From Salinivirgaceae bacterium (GTDB lineage Bacteria > Bacteroidota > Bacteroidia > Bacteroidales > SZUA-534), in the NCBI GenBank assembly GCA_024405635.1, contig JAKSOL010000006.1:46136-110135 (forward strand): a DNA stretch of 64,000 nucleotides. The letters are read 5' to 3'. Position numbers and translations under genes: made by a program. Every line of letters begins with the position of its first letter. Positions within the stretch are counted from its first letter, which is position 1. A model generated the notes under the pieces. The model had not been told where the DNA came from. It did no database searches and was given only the letters and a program-made list of their open reading frames with translations. This document shows, piece by piece, positions 18,451 to 28,637 of the stretch.

Positions 18451-18555
18451 TTCAGTAGATTAACGTTTGCTCCAACTAAATGTTTTGATGCAAAACAAGG
18501 TTCAATAACCATAAACATAAAGTTGTTTTATATTCGCCGAGTTAAATAGTAGATT

Positions 18556-19296
18556 ATGGATATTACGTATAAAACTGAGTATCAAATACTTTCGAATCAT
18601 GTTGGAGCTGATTACAAGGCTCGTCTTTCTACTTTAATGTGTTTTTTCTTAGAGTCGGCCTATCATCATGCAGTAAAATTGGGTGTTGGTAGTGAGTTGT
18701 TGCGCGACAAACACAATGTTTTTTGGGCATTGTACCGCATACATATCGAAATGAATGAGTATCCAAAATGGCGCGACAAAATAACCATTGAAACATGGCC
18801 GGCTGGCACTAACCGTTCGTTTGCTTACCGTTGTTTTCGTATTTATGCCGAAGATGGCAGTTTGCTTGGACAAGGCATAACCGATTGGATTATAATGAGT
18901 TTTGAAACACGTAAGTTGGCCGATGCAACACAGATTTTTGCATCGAGCAATTTGCCAACCGAGAATATGGGCGATAAATTAGGTTTGTCAAATACCAAAA
19001 TAAGATTGCCAAAAGAGAATCCTATAAGTCAAATTCAGCGCATGACCGTTTATAGCGACATTGATATAAACAATCACGTAAATAGTGCTCGTTATCTCGA
19101 TTATGCTGTAGATGCTTTGGATATTAACGAGGTACAATCAAAACCAATAACAGTGGCAGACATTAATTATAATGCCGAAGTGGCAGTTGGTCAACCTATT
19201 GATATAAAGGTATATAACACCGAAAAAGGGTATATTGTATCGGGCGAAAAAGCTGACGGTACACAATCGTTTACTGCCCAAATAAAACTAGGGTAG
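18556..19296 (+). CDS. Acyl-ACP thioesterase (FatA/FatB-like)
   Basis: Double hotdog fold; DIDINNHVNSARYLDY motif. Confidence 0.9.
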   Translation: MDITYKTEYQILSNHVGADYKARLSTLMCFFLESAYHHAVKLGVGSELLRDKHNVFWALYRIHIEMNEYPKWRDKITIETWPAGTNRSFAYRCFRIYAEDGSLLGQGITDWIIMSFETRKLADATQIFASSNLPTENMGDKLGLSNTKIRLPKENPISQIQRMTVYSDIDINNHVNSARYLDYAVDALDINEVQSKPITVADINYNAEVAVGQPIDIKVYNTEKGYIVSGEKADGTQSFTAQIKLG

Positions 19297-19392
19297 GTGT
19301 TTTATAATGTATGGTTATGGTACTTTTATCAAAAACCAAAAGTGCTCATATAAAATGTGGTCTATTTTAGCTTGATTAAAAATTTTTGAGAA

Positions 19393-20448
19393 ATGAAAAA
19401 AACGTTTGCTGCAGTTGCATTACTATGTGCCACATTTACCATGTCGGCGCAAAACATAGTTGGCAACGACTCTACACTAGTGCTAGTAGGCGACCAAGAT
19501 GCCGAAGTGGCATTTAATGCAGGAAATCAAAAAGTAAGTCAAGGCAAGTATGCCGAGGCAATAACAAGTTTTAACGAGGCTTTGTCGCATAATCCAAACT
19601 TTGTGAAAGCGCTAGTTAACCGAGGTTTTGCAAAATCGGAATTGGCAGACTACAACGGTGCGATAAGCGATTTTAGCAAGGCTCTAAGTCTTGACCAATC
19701 GTTGGCACAAGTGCAATATGGTAGGGGATTGGCCTATTTTAACTTAAACAAATCGGCCGAAGCTTTAACCGATTTTGAAGATGCCATTAAAAATGGATAC
19801 AAAGAAGCCAATGTTTACTACTACGCTGGCATCGCTTGTTTTGAAACAGGAGTTTATGAAGAGGCTATTAGTAATCTTACATTGGCAATAGGTTTAAATC
19901 CAAACAATGCACAAGCATATAACGACCGAGGCAGCGCCAAACGAATGAAAGAAGATTATGATGGTGCAATAGCCGATTATCAAGCTGCAATTAAAATTGA
20001 CATGAAGTTGGCAACTGCATACAACAATTTGGGTAGTTGCTTGCTAAAAAAAGGAAAGGTTGATGATGCTATTACCAATTATAATATGGCCATAAGCCTC
20101 GATCCAAAATACTACATTGCAGTAAACAACCGAGCTCGAGCCAAGTACGAGAAAAAACTATATGACGAAGTGGTTGCCGATTGCAAAAAAGCAATTGAAA
20201 TAAACCCAGATTATGCATACGCATACAACAACATGGGCATTGCTCAAATGAAATTGCGCGATTATGAGAATGCCTACGCATCATTTAGTAAAGCCATTGA
20301 ACTGAATAAAAATTTTGCAGAGGCTTATTTGAATCGTGGTAGTTGTCAAGAGATGCAACGCCAATTTGAAAAAGCTTGCGCCGATTGGCAAAAGGCTTAT
20401 GATTTGGGCATCAGCAAAGCAAAAAACTACATTTCGTTTTACGAGTAA
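19393..20448 (+). CDS. Secreted TPR-repeat protein
   Basis: Signal peptide and about nine AY.NRG/A..DF..AI repeats. Confidence 0.9.
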   Translation: MKKTFAAVALLCATFTMSAQNIVGNDSTLVLVGDQDAEVAFNAGNQKVSQGKYAEAITSFNEALSHNPNFVKALVNRGFAKSELADYNGAISDFSKALSLDQSLAQVQYGRGLAYFNLNKSAEALTDFEDAIKNGYKEANVYYYAGIACFETGVYEEAISNLTLAIGLNPNNAQAYNDRGSAKRMKEDYDGAIADYQAAIKIDMKLATAYNNLGSCLLKKGKVDDAITNYNMAISLDPKYYIAVNNRARAKYEKKLYDEVVADCKKAIEINPDYAYAYNNMGIAQMKLRDYENAYASFSKAIELNKNFAEAYLNRGSCQEMQRQFEKACADWQKAYDLGISKAKNYISFYE

Positions 20449-20460
20449 AATTTGAAAGAT

Positions 20461-22500
20461 ATGCGTAGATTAATATATACCACAGCATTATTTCTTGTTG
20501 CTTTTGCAGCATCGGCACAAGATGTGCCATTTGACAAGAATCTATTCCCAGAACAAAGGGATGCCTTTAAAATGGCAAACAACGATTTCAAAACAGGCGA
20601 AAACAATTTTGCAGTTGAACGTTATGCCGAGGCATTGTACAACTATCTTGAAGCATACAAATTTAACCCCGACTATTCGATACTAAACTACAAAATAGGA
20701 GTGTGTTATATGAACACAGCAACTCGCTACAAGGCATTACCATACTTTGAGCGAGCTTTTCAACTTAACCGAAATGTAGCACCAGACATACATTTAATGA
20801 TGGCAAAAGGCTATCACCTAAATAACAAGTTTGATTTGGCGATAAACGAATACAAAGCACACGAGGCCCAACTTACACCAGTTGAAGCAAGCTCAATGCG
20901 CGAAGAAATTGCCAAGCACATTGAAGAGTGCAATACCGCCAAAGAACTAATTGCTGAGCCAGCCCGCGCTTTTGTTGACAACATAGGCTCAGTTATCAAC
21001 TCACGTTTTAACGACCACAGTCCACTTATTTCCGCCGATGAATCGATGATGATTTTTACATCGACACGAAACAACGGCCACCGAGTTGTTGATGATCAAT
21101 ACGACGAAGATATATATGTGAGTGAAAGTGCTGGTAAAAGCTGGCAAGCTCCACAATCAATAGGCGAACCTATTAATACACAGTTTGACGATGCTACAGT
21201 AGGTGTTACCCCCGACGGACAACAATTGCTTATTTATAATGGCAAGAAAAACGGAGGCGATATAGAGATTTGTCAACTAAAAGGCGATAAATGGGAATAC
21301 CCAAAAGCATTGCCTAAACCAATCAACTCTGAATATCACGAAACATCGGCTTGCTTTTCGCCCGATGGTCGCACAATTTATTTTGTAAGCGATCGTCCTG
21401 GCGGTTACGGAGGAAGCGATATATATATGTGTTCGCGAACATATAAAGGCAAATGGGGCGAGGCTATCAACTTAGGTCCAGTCATCAACTCAAAATACGA
21501 CGAAGAGGCTGTGTTTATGCACCCTGATGGACGAACTTTGTACTTCAGCTCAAACGGACACAAAACTATGGGCGGTTTCGACATATTTATGTCGCAACTT
21601 AACGATAACGGAACTTGGTCAGAACCAGTAAACCTTGGCTATCCAATAAACTCAACCGACGACGACCTTTGCTTTGTTATTTCAGCAAGTGGACGTCACG
21701 GATATTGTAGCAGCGTTCGTCCCGATGGCATTGGCGGTTTTGATATTTATCGTTCAACATTTTTGGGCCCCGAAAAACCATTGGTGTTAAGTAGCGAAGA
21801 CAACCTTATATCGGCTCGCGAACAACCAGTGTCTGATATGGTTATGGAGGCTTCGGTTGAATTGAAAACCATACGTTTGACTATTGTTAAAGGTATTGTA
21901 CGCGATGCTATTAGCAACGAGCCTGTTAGCGCCCAAATTGATATTGTTGACAACGAGAAAAACGAGGTTATTTTTACATCGCAAACCAACTCGTCAACAG
22001 GTAAATTCTTGGTGTCGTTGCCTTCAGGTAAAAACTATGGTTTGGCAGTTAAGGCCGAAAATTACTTGTTCCACTCTGAAAACTTCGATATCCCTGGAGC
22101 AACAGAATATCAAGAGATTAACAAAGAAATTGCACTGAATAACATTAAAAAGGACGTAAAGATTATTTTGAAAAACGTGTTCTTTGAGACAGGAAGTGCA
22201 AAACTTAAACCAACATCGTATGCCGAGCTTGGTCGCTTAACCAAATTGATGACCGACATGCCAACCATGCGAATAGAGATTTCAGGTCACACCGATAATC
22301 AAGGAAGTTATGCAACAAACCAACGTTTGTCAGAGGCTCGTGCAAAATCGGTTGTTGACTTTATGATTTCAGAAGGAATTGCAGCAAACCGACTAGAATA
22401 CAAGGGTTACGCATTTGATCAACCAATTGCCGATAACAGCACAAAAGACGGTAGAGCAATGAACCGTAGGGTGGAGTTTAAGGTGTTGAGTACAGAGTAG
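20461..22500 (+). CDS. TPR-PD40-OmpA_C peptidoglycan-binding protein (PorE-like architecture)
   Basis: Signal peptide, TPR, PD40 repeats (SPDGRTIYFVSDRPGG), and C-terminal ISGHTDN...LSEARA...NRRVEF. Start moved to the ATG at 20461. Confidence 0.9.
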   Translation: MRRLIYTTALFLVAFAASAQDVPFDKNLFPEQRDAFKMANNDFKTGENNFAVERYAEALYNYLEAYKFNPDYSILNYKIGVCYMNTATRYKALPYFERAFQLNRNVAPDIHLMMAKGYHLNNKFDLAINEYKAHEAQLTPVEASSMREEIAKHIEECNTAKELIAEPARAFVDNIGSVINSRFNDHSPLISADESMMIFTSTRNNGHRVVDDQYDEDIYVSESAGKSWQAPQSIGEPINTQFDDATVGVTPDGQQLLIYNGKKNGGDIEICQLKGDKWEYPKALPKPINSEYHETSACFSPDGRTIYFVSDRPGGYGGSDIYMCSRTYKGKWGEAINLGPVINSKYDEEAVFMHPDGRTLYFSSNGHKTMGGFDIFMSQLNDNGTWSEPVNLGYPINSTDDDLCFVISASGRHGYCSSVRPDGIGGFDIYRSTFLGPEKPLVLSSEDNLISAREQPVSDMVMEASVELKTIRLTIVKGIVRDAISNEPVSAQIDIVDNEKNEVIFTSQTNSSTGKFLVSLPSGKNYGLAVKAENYLFHSENFDIPGATEYQEINKEIALNNIKKDVKIILKNVFFETGSAKLKPTSYAELGRLTKLMTDMPTMRIEISGHTDNQGSYATNQRLSEARAKSVVDFMISEGIAANRLEYKGYAFDQPIADNSTKDGRAMNRRVEFKVLSTE

Positions 22501-22530
22501 TGCTTTATTGTTTATTTTGAAAAATAACAG

Positions 22531-24357
22531 ATGTTATCGATTTTTAAGTTAAAAGAACGTTTTTTTAAAGCCTACTTTAGGGTTCAAGACGGTTTTAAGA
22601 TTTTTTGCAAATACCTTGCAGCTATTAGCAATGTGGTAATGATGGTGAGTATGCTCACTTTTATTGCTTTGCTAATTGTTAACGTGGGCGATTTTTTCTC
22701 GCGCGAAAGTATTGTATATCAAGAGATTTTATTGTCGGCATCAAAATACTTGCTTTTAGTTACATACATAACTAAGTATTTGCACGATTTTGTTCTTGTG
22801 CGTTACCATAAAGTAATGCCATGGATTAACGAGATTGTGATGTTTTTAGCGGTGACTGTGGTTGTGTGTGCTTCGTTTCCAAACTCTTTCCCATCGTTAG
22901 GAAATACTTTTTTGGCTCACCACAATGTGCAGTTGCTCACCATTGCAATTATGACGGTTACAGAAATGTACCGCATATTTAAAATCATTAACTCAATCCG
23001 CATTTCTCCTTCGATGCTTTTGGCCGCCAGTTTTTTGGTGGTTATTTTCATCGCTTCGGGTTTGTTTCTGTTGCCAAGTATGCATACTCAAAAGTTGAGT
23101 TATCTCGACTCGTTGTTTTTTGCAACAAGCGCAACATGTGTAACTGGAATGTCAACCTTTGATATTGCACAAACACTTACACATAAGGGATACGTTTTGT
23201 TACTTTTTGTAATTCAGTTGGGTGGTATAGGTGTAATGTTTTTTACAGCATTTTTTGCTTATGCATTTACTGGAACATTCTCATTTAAAGACCGATTACT
23301 ACTTAAAGATGTGTTCTCGTCAGACACTATGAACGACCTTTTTCGTTTAATGGCTCATGTGTTGGGCATTACATTCTTCTTTGAACTAATAGGTACTAGC
23401 ATTATTTATTTTTCAGTACGAAACGCAGTGGCAAACCCACTATTCTTTTCGTTATTTCACTCAATTTCGGCTTTCTGTAATGCAGGATTATCCACACTTC
23501 CATTAGGATTGTCTGACCCAGCTGTTGCAGGAAACAATGTTTTGTACTCAACTTTAACAGTGCTAATAATTCTTGGAGGTATTGGTTTCCCAATAATTAT
23601 ATCGTTGCTACTATGGTTGCGAAGCAAGTTGAATACATCGTTTTCAATACTACCCAATAAACGCATCGATTATAGTGCATTGCACGAAAGTGAAATATCG
23701 AACCGAATTGTAATAGTAACCACCATTATTTTATTGATAATAGGAACCTTTGTTTACTTTATATTAGAGCGAAATGCATCGCTTAGCGACAATTCGTTTG
23801 CAGTAAAAGTGATAAAGTCATTCTTCTTCAGTGCATCAGCCCGAACATCAGGATTCTGCTTGACAGATTTGTACGAATGGCGCCCAGCAACTATTGTGTT
23901 TACAATGATACTGATGTGGATAGGTGCTTCGCCAGGTTCAACTGGTGGTGGTATTAAAACAACCGCATTTGCAATTGCAGTGTTATCGGTTTTTTATTTT
24001 TTACGAGGAAGCCGCTACATTGAAATAGGATATCGCCGCATTGGATTTGAAACCATTTCGCGTGTGCTAACGCTTATTACATTGTCAGTTATTATATTGA
24101 GTGTGAGCGTGATACTGATAATGGTTATGGAACCTGATAAAGATCCTTTGGCATTGGTTTTTGAGGTTGTTGCTGCATTCTCAACCACAGGAATGTCCAT
24201 TGTTGGAACAATGAACTTGGGCATACCTGCACGAATCCTAATCATTTTTCTTATGTTTATCGGTCGTATCGGACCTTTGGCTTTGCTATCGGGACTATTT
24301 ATATCGCGAAAGCCTAAATATTCAAAGTATCCATATAAAAACCTGACTATCAACTAA
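22531..24357 (+). CDS. trkH: TrkH/KtrB potassium uptake membrane subunit
   Basis: SATCVTG, SAFCNAG, ARTSG, AFSTTG pore loops; GASPGSTGGGIK. Confidence 0.9.
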   Translation: MLSIFKLKERFFKAYFRVQDGFKIFCKYLAAISNVVMMVSMLTFIALLIVNVGDFFSRESIVYQEILLSASKYLLLVTYITKYLHDFVLVRYHKVMPWINEIVMFLAVTVVVCASFPNSFPSLGNTFLAHHNVQLLTIAIMTVTEMYRIFKIINSIRISPSMLLAASFLVVIFIASGLFLLPSMHTQKLSYLDSLFFATSATCVTGMSTFDIAQTLTHKGYVLLLFVIQLGGIGVMFFTAFFAYAFTGTFSFKDRLLLKDVFSSDTMNDLFRLMAHVLGITFFFELIGTSIIYFSVRNAVANPLFFSLFHSISAFCNAGLSTLPLGLSDPAVAGNNVLYSTLTVLIILGGIGFPIIISLLLWLRSKLNTSFSILPNKRIDYSALHESEISNRIVIVTTIILLIIGTFVYFILERNASLSDNSFAVKVIKSFFFSASARTSGFCLTDLYEWRPATIVFTMILMWIGASPGSTGGGIKTTAFAIAVLSVFYFLRGSRYIEIGYRRIGFETISRVLTLITLSVIILSVSVILIMVMEPDKDPLALVFEVVAAFSTTGMSIVGTMNLGIPARILIIFLMFIGRIGPLALLSGLFISRKPKYSKYPYKNLTIN

Positions 24358-24365
24358 TTAAAGAT

Positions 24366-25052
24366 ATGAAATTTATTGTTATTGGCTTGGGCTATTTTGG
24401 TTCAACTTTGGCCATCAGCCTAATTGAACAAGGACACGAAGTAATTGGAGTTGACAACCGTTGGAACCGCGTTGATGAACTTAAAAACCTGATTCCAAAC
24501 GTGATGGAGATGGATACAACCAACGAACAGGCTGTAAAAACCCTTCCGCTTGACGACACCGATTCGGTTATAGTTGCCATTGGCGAAGATGTTGGTTCAT
24601 CGTTGCTTACGCTATCTATTTTGCAAAATTTAGGAGTAAAAAACATTATTGGGCGTGTTATTAGTCCAATTCACCAAAACATTTTAAAACAAATTGGCAT
24701 TGAACACACTGTTCACCCTGAGTTTGCAACAGCTATTCGTGTTGGTTTGAAACTACAACTGCGCGATGCTATTGATGTGTTTGAACTTGACGACAATAAT
24801 GTGATTGCTGAATTTAAAGTTCCTTCAAAATATGATGGTCACACAGTTGGTACAATGAACTTAACTCAGCGTTTCAAATTGCGTTTAATGGCTGTTAAAA
24901 CACCATCGAGCCAACGTGGTGTGATGTCAATTATTAGCAAAAACGAGTATATGACCAACTTTGAACCTTCTGACGAAATGGTTGTTCATGAGAGCGATGT
25001 GTTGGTTTTAGCTGGTTCGATGAACGATATGAAGAAATTTGCTGCTGAGTAG
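24366..25052 (+). CDS. trkA: TrkA/KtrA RCK-domain subunit
   Basis: IGLGYFG Rossmann motif plus RCK-C. Confidence 0.9.
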   Translation: MKFIVIGLGYFGSTLAISLIEQGHEVIGVDNRWNRVDELKNLIPNVMEMDTTNEQAVKTLPLDDTDSVIVAIGEDVGSSLLTLSILQNLGVKNIIGRVISPIHQNILKQIGIEHTVHPEFATAIRVGLKLQLRDAIDVFELDDNNVIAEFKVPSKYDGHTVGTMNLTQRFKLRLMAVKTPSSQRGVMSIISKNEYMTNFEPSDEMVVHESDVLVLAGSMNDMKKFAAE

Positions 25053-25076
25053 ATTTTTTAATCAAATTAGAATAAC

Positions 25077-25110
25077 AAAAAAAAGCCCCGCAAAATTGCG
25101 AGGCTTTTTT
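25077..25110. terminator. Bidirectional terminator between convergent genes
   Basis: A8-GCCCCGCAAAATTGCGAGGC-T6. Confidence 0.8.
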
Positions 25111-25129
25111 GTTGTGTATGGTTAAAGTT

Positions 25130-26488
25130 TTATTTGTTGGCAGTTTCAATTTGTTGCAACCAAAATGCTTTAACGTCATTCCATTTGTAGTAAGGGAAAT
25201 TGCCATCGATAGGCAATTGGGCCTCGTTTTCGTTTTGCAGAATTTTTACAAGAATGTCGTCGTTCGCATTTGACGAACGATAGAATATAATTTGCATGTT
25301 AGCAGCCATTGGAACGTAACGTGCTGTAGTCCATTTATTTGCAAGTTGCGACAGGTCGTCAATTTGTTCGCCAGCTTTATTTACACCAAGAAGTGCAAGT
25401 AATGGCATAAGGCCATTGTCGTGACCAAAACGAAGGTTTGCACGAAGGTTGCTAGTTCCATTTATCACAGCGTCGGCTTCTTCAATAATTTTGTTTGCCA
25501 AGTATTGTGCGTTTTTAACGTTTTTAAGTCCGCCCAATTGTGGAGCGCAACTATAGTTTGTGTACCAATAAAAGTTGCTGCTTTTATATTGATCAATCAA
25601 TTCGGCAGGAGTAAAGAAGTTGAAAATTTCGCTAACTCCATCAACAAACACACCTTGACCAATTCCGGCAGCGTTGTAAATGCCAGAAGCTATACGATGA
25701 AGGTTAAAGCGTTTTGCGGCAGCTTCGGCATCAATAAACAAACGTTTAGCTGGCAATTCGCGGCTCAAACTGCCATAAAACTTAAACGATTGTGCGCGCC
25801 ATTCGGCACTATCGCGGTATGGATTGCGATCGGGTTCGTGCAATAAGTAGTATTGAAAACAAAGTCCGCAGTCGTTGCTAATGGTTAGAGTAGGATATTT
25901 GGCTTTAAGTTCTTGACAAAAAGCGTCCATACTCAAAATACAGCGAGTAACTACGGTTGATTTTGCATCGATATAAGCGTTTGGACCTTCAAAAACTTGA
26001 GGGAAATTTTTCATCATTCGTTGTGCAATGCCTTGATGTTGAGTGCGGCCAGCTGCAGAAAGGTCGCCTGCTCGTAGTTTAGCATCAGCATTGATTAGTG
26101 CTAGTTCGTTGGCAATTTTTAGACCTTGCTCGTTTAGCATACCTTCGTTTTTAGCCGAATCGAGAGTGGCTGCCCACCATTGGTACTCGCGTTGTCCCCA
26201 GTGATAGCGCGACCCGTGGCGTCCATAGTGACTAATGTAGAATGGTTTGTAGCCTTTTGGGGCTGCGGTAAGTGTTGGATAATCGAAAACGCCGTTGTCA
26301 ATTTCGTTGCAAATCATAACGGCTGTGTCGTAATAAATGTGGTTGGTGTAGGTGAGTTTTGTGTACTTTGTTAAAATAGAATCGCTTGCTTCTGTTTTAA
26401 GCGTACACTGCTTGGTTGATTGTTGATTTTGTGCACATGATGCCAATGTTGCCAATGCAATTAGCAATGCACTTGTTTTAATTTTCAT
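25130..26488 (-). CDS. Histidine acid phosphatase / phytase-like lipoprotein
   Basis: HYGRHGSRY (RHGxRx) and FGHD motifs; lipobox LAS-C. Start moved to MKIKTS. Confidence 0.85.
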   Translation of the reverse strand: MKIKTSALLIALATLASCAQNQQSTKQCTLKTEASDSILTKYTKLTYTNHIYYDTAVMICNEIDNGVFDYPTLTAAPKGYKPFYISHYGRHGSRYHWGQREYQWWAATLDSAKNEGMLNEQGLKIANELALINADAKLRAGDLSAAGRTQHQGIAQRMMKNFPQVFEGPNAYIDAKSTVVTRCILSMDAFCQELKAKYPTLTISNDCGLCFQYYLLHEPDRNPYRDSAEWRAQSFKFYGSLSRELPAKRLFIDAEAAAKRFNLHRIASGIYNAAGIGQGVFVDGVSEIFNFFTPAELIDQYKSSNFYWYTNYSCAPQLGGLKNVKNAQYLANKIIEEADAVINGTSNLRANLRFGHDNGLMPLLALLGVNKAGEQIDDLSQLANKWTTARYVPMAANMQIIFYRSSNANDDILVKILQNENEAQLPIDGNFPYYKWNDVKAFWLQQIETANK

Positions 26489-26540
26489 AATATGTTTTTT
26501 TATGGTTTGGGTGTCCAAATTAGTAAAAAATGTTTTGCAA

Positions 26541-27167
26541 CTATGGTATAATTGATGCTTTTATGATTTGTGCAGATTCGGGACCGCAATTCATAACTAA
26601 ATCGAGTATTGATAGATTTGGAGCAAATCCTAAACGTTCGGCAAAGACTTGTTGGTAATGTGCCGCAACAAAATTTGGGTCGGGAATTGAGTGTTTTGGG
26701 GTTATTGTGTTGCGAAAATCGGGTAGGGTTGGCTGTTTTTCAAAATCGGTGGTAAAGTTCAATTTTGCAGGCAACTTTAGCCATTTAAGGCATAGTTCGG
26801 TAATTGAATTGTTGTATTCGATTAAATAGTTGTACTTGTTTCGGTAAAAAAGTTCAATGTCGTCGATGTAGTAATCGTAAAACGGTGATGAATGGTATAG
26901 CGACTCGATGGTTGCAAAGTGATTTTTTTGCCAAAGCGAGTTGTATGCTATGCGTATGTCTTTAACCAATTGGTTTACTCGACCTTTTTCAACTGGTACT
27001 TGCAACGATTGAATGCAGTTTGGACCATAAAGCACGCATCGGTTTCGGTATGTTTGTTTGGGATAAGTTTCCCATTGCTCAATCAAAACTTGCTCATACT
27101 CAACAAATTTTGCAAAATATTGTATGGGGCCCCAATATGCGGTGCTTACAAGGCAGCTATTTTTCAT
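26541..27167 (-). CDS. WbqC-family protein
   Basis: KQTYRNRC, W...H...I...Y..SPFY, NLSILDL..N.GP. Confidence 0.9.
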   Translation of the reverse strand: MKNSCLVSTAYWGPIQYFAKFVEYEQVLIEQWETYPKQTYRNRCVLYGPNCIQSLQVPVEKGRVNQLVKDIRIAYNSLWQKNHFATIESLYHSSPFYDYYIDDIELFYRNKYNYLIEYNNSITELCLKWLKLPAKLNFTTDFEKQPTLPDFRNTITPKHSIPDPNFVAAHYQQVFAERLGFAPNLSILDLVMNCGPESAQIIKASIIP

Positions 27168-27186
27168 AAGTTAAAAGTTGAGTTGT

Positions 27187-27576
27187 CTATTCTCCGTCAT
27201 CTTCAAAAAAATGTTTCACAGCACCAATGTAATACTCGTGCCAGCCTTCTTCAATGTTTTCAAAGGCATCGTCGGGAATGTTGGTGTGACAAACTTCAAC
27301 GTTAGTGCCACTTTTGTGCTGATGGAGTTTAATTGTGGCAATTGAAGGTTGAGCATTGTCGTCGCCAAAGTACCATTCTTGCTCAATCATTTGGTTTGGC
27401 ACCATACGTAGGTTTTTGCCACATATATCGCCGTCGAAAATTGAAAATTCAAAACCTTCTTGGTCGTTCATTTCAGCGGGTTGTCCGCTCCAAAGCAAAA
27501 TGGTGAATGGGTTTGTTAGCGCAATGTAAATCTCCTCGGGAGTGCCTTCAATGTATTGGTAAAATTTAAGGTTCAT
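27187..27576 (-). CDS. SRPBCC/AHSA1 (START-like) domain protein
   Basis: PEEIYIALT...WSG...F..FDGDI.G...Q.W...GW..YY. Confidence 0.85.
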   Translation of the reverse strand: MNLKFYQYIEGTPEEIYIALTNPFTILLWSGQPAEMNDQEGFEFSIFDGDICGKNLRMVPNQMIEQEWYFGDDNAQPSIATIKLHQHKSGTNVEVCHTNIPDDAFENIEEGWHEYYIGAVKHFFEDDGE

Positions 27577-28609
27577 AGTTCAACAAATTAGTTTTTTGGT
27601 TGAATATCTGTTCGTTGGTGCTTTTAAGTTCTTCGCCAGGATTGTCGATAAAGAAGAAAGTTGCGCCCCAACTATGTTTCACTTTAAGATAAATGCACAC
27701 ATTGTCGTTTATGTTCATAATAACTCTAGTGATGTGTTTGCCAGGTTGATCAAGTTCTTCAACTGTTTTTTGGTTTGGGTATTGTTTGCGTAGTCGTTCT
27801 TGTTCTTGACGCACAAATTCGGCATGTTGCTCGGGAGTTTGCTGTGTTTTTTGAGTCACAGGCAAAGGTTTTGGCTGAGGTTTTGCGGGGGTAGGCGTTG
27901 GTTCTGTTTTTTTAGGTTCTTCAACTGTTTTTTTAGGCATTGGAGGCGTCACTATTGGGGCGGGAATAGGTTTTTGCGGAATAGCTTTTGCTTGTTTTCT
28001 TTTAGCTTCTGGCGAAACAACTTGCCTATTGCCAACCACATCGTCAACTTTGGTTTCTTCAACTTCAATTGGTTCCTCGTCAATCTCGATGCGTTCAATT
28101 GCTGTTTTACTAGCAACCACATCGGCTACAGGTTCATCGTCTATGCTTATAGCATCTTCGGTAATGTTTAGTTGTTCAATGGCTTGCTTAGTTTCTGCAA
28201 TGTCGGCAATTACTGCATCATCGTCAAAAGAAACATCTTCGTTAATATCGATTGATGTTGCAACTCTGATGCTTTCAATTTCGTTTTGCGTTTTAATTAC
28301 ATCTTGTTCAATTTGAGCATCGGCACTTTGCTCGGCAATGATGCGCGATTGATTTTGCTCCATATTGCGGTCGATGTAAATGGTGCGTATGTCCTCAATT
28401 TTGTATTGTGGTAGTTTGGCATCGGGTTTTACACGCAAAGCTTCGCGATAAAAGAACACAGCCTCCGAATAATGCTGAGCCTCAAATGCTGTTTTTGCGT
28501 TTTGCATGGCGGCTTTGTATTGTTGTTCGGTTGCGTTTTGTGCCGAAGCTCCAAAGTACATCAGCAAAGCAATTGATACGTAAAGTATTTTATTAAGTGA
28601 TTGCAACAT
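27566..28609 (-). CDS. Secreted hypothetical protein (TPR-like N-terminus, acidic and Pro/Lys-rich linker, C-terminal globular domain)
   Basis: Signal peptide from MLQSLNK, low-complexity middle, KVKHSWGATFFF at the C-terminus. Confidence 0.7.
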   Translation of the reverse strand: MLQSLNKILYVSIALLMYFGASAQNATEQQYKAAMQNAKTAFEAQHYSEAVFFYREALRVKPDAKLPQYKIEDIRTIYIDRNMEQNQSRIIAEQSADAQIEQDVIKTQNEIESIRVATSIDINEDVSFDDDAVIADIAETKQAIEQLNITEDAISIDDEPVADVVASKTAIERIEIDEEPIEVEETKVDDVVGNRQVVSPEAKRKQAKAIPQKPIPAPIVTPPMPKKTVEEPKKTEPTPTPAKPQPKPLPVTQKTQQTPEQHAEFVRQEQERLRKQYPNQKTVEELDQPGKHITRVIMNINDNVCIYLKVKHSWGATFFFIDNPGEELKSTNEQIFNQKTNLLNYEP

Positions 28610-28637
28610 AGTATTGTTTTTCAGTTGTTTGTGTTTG

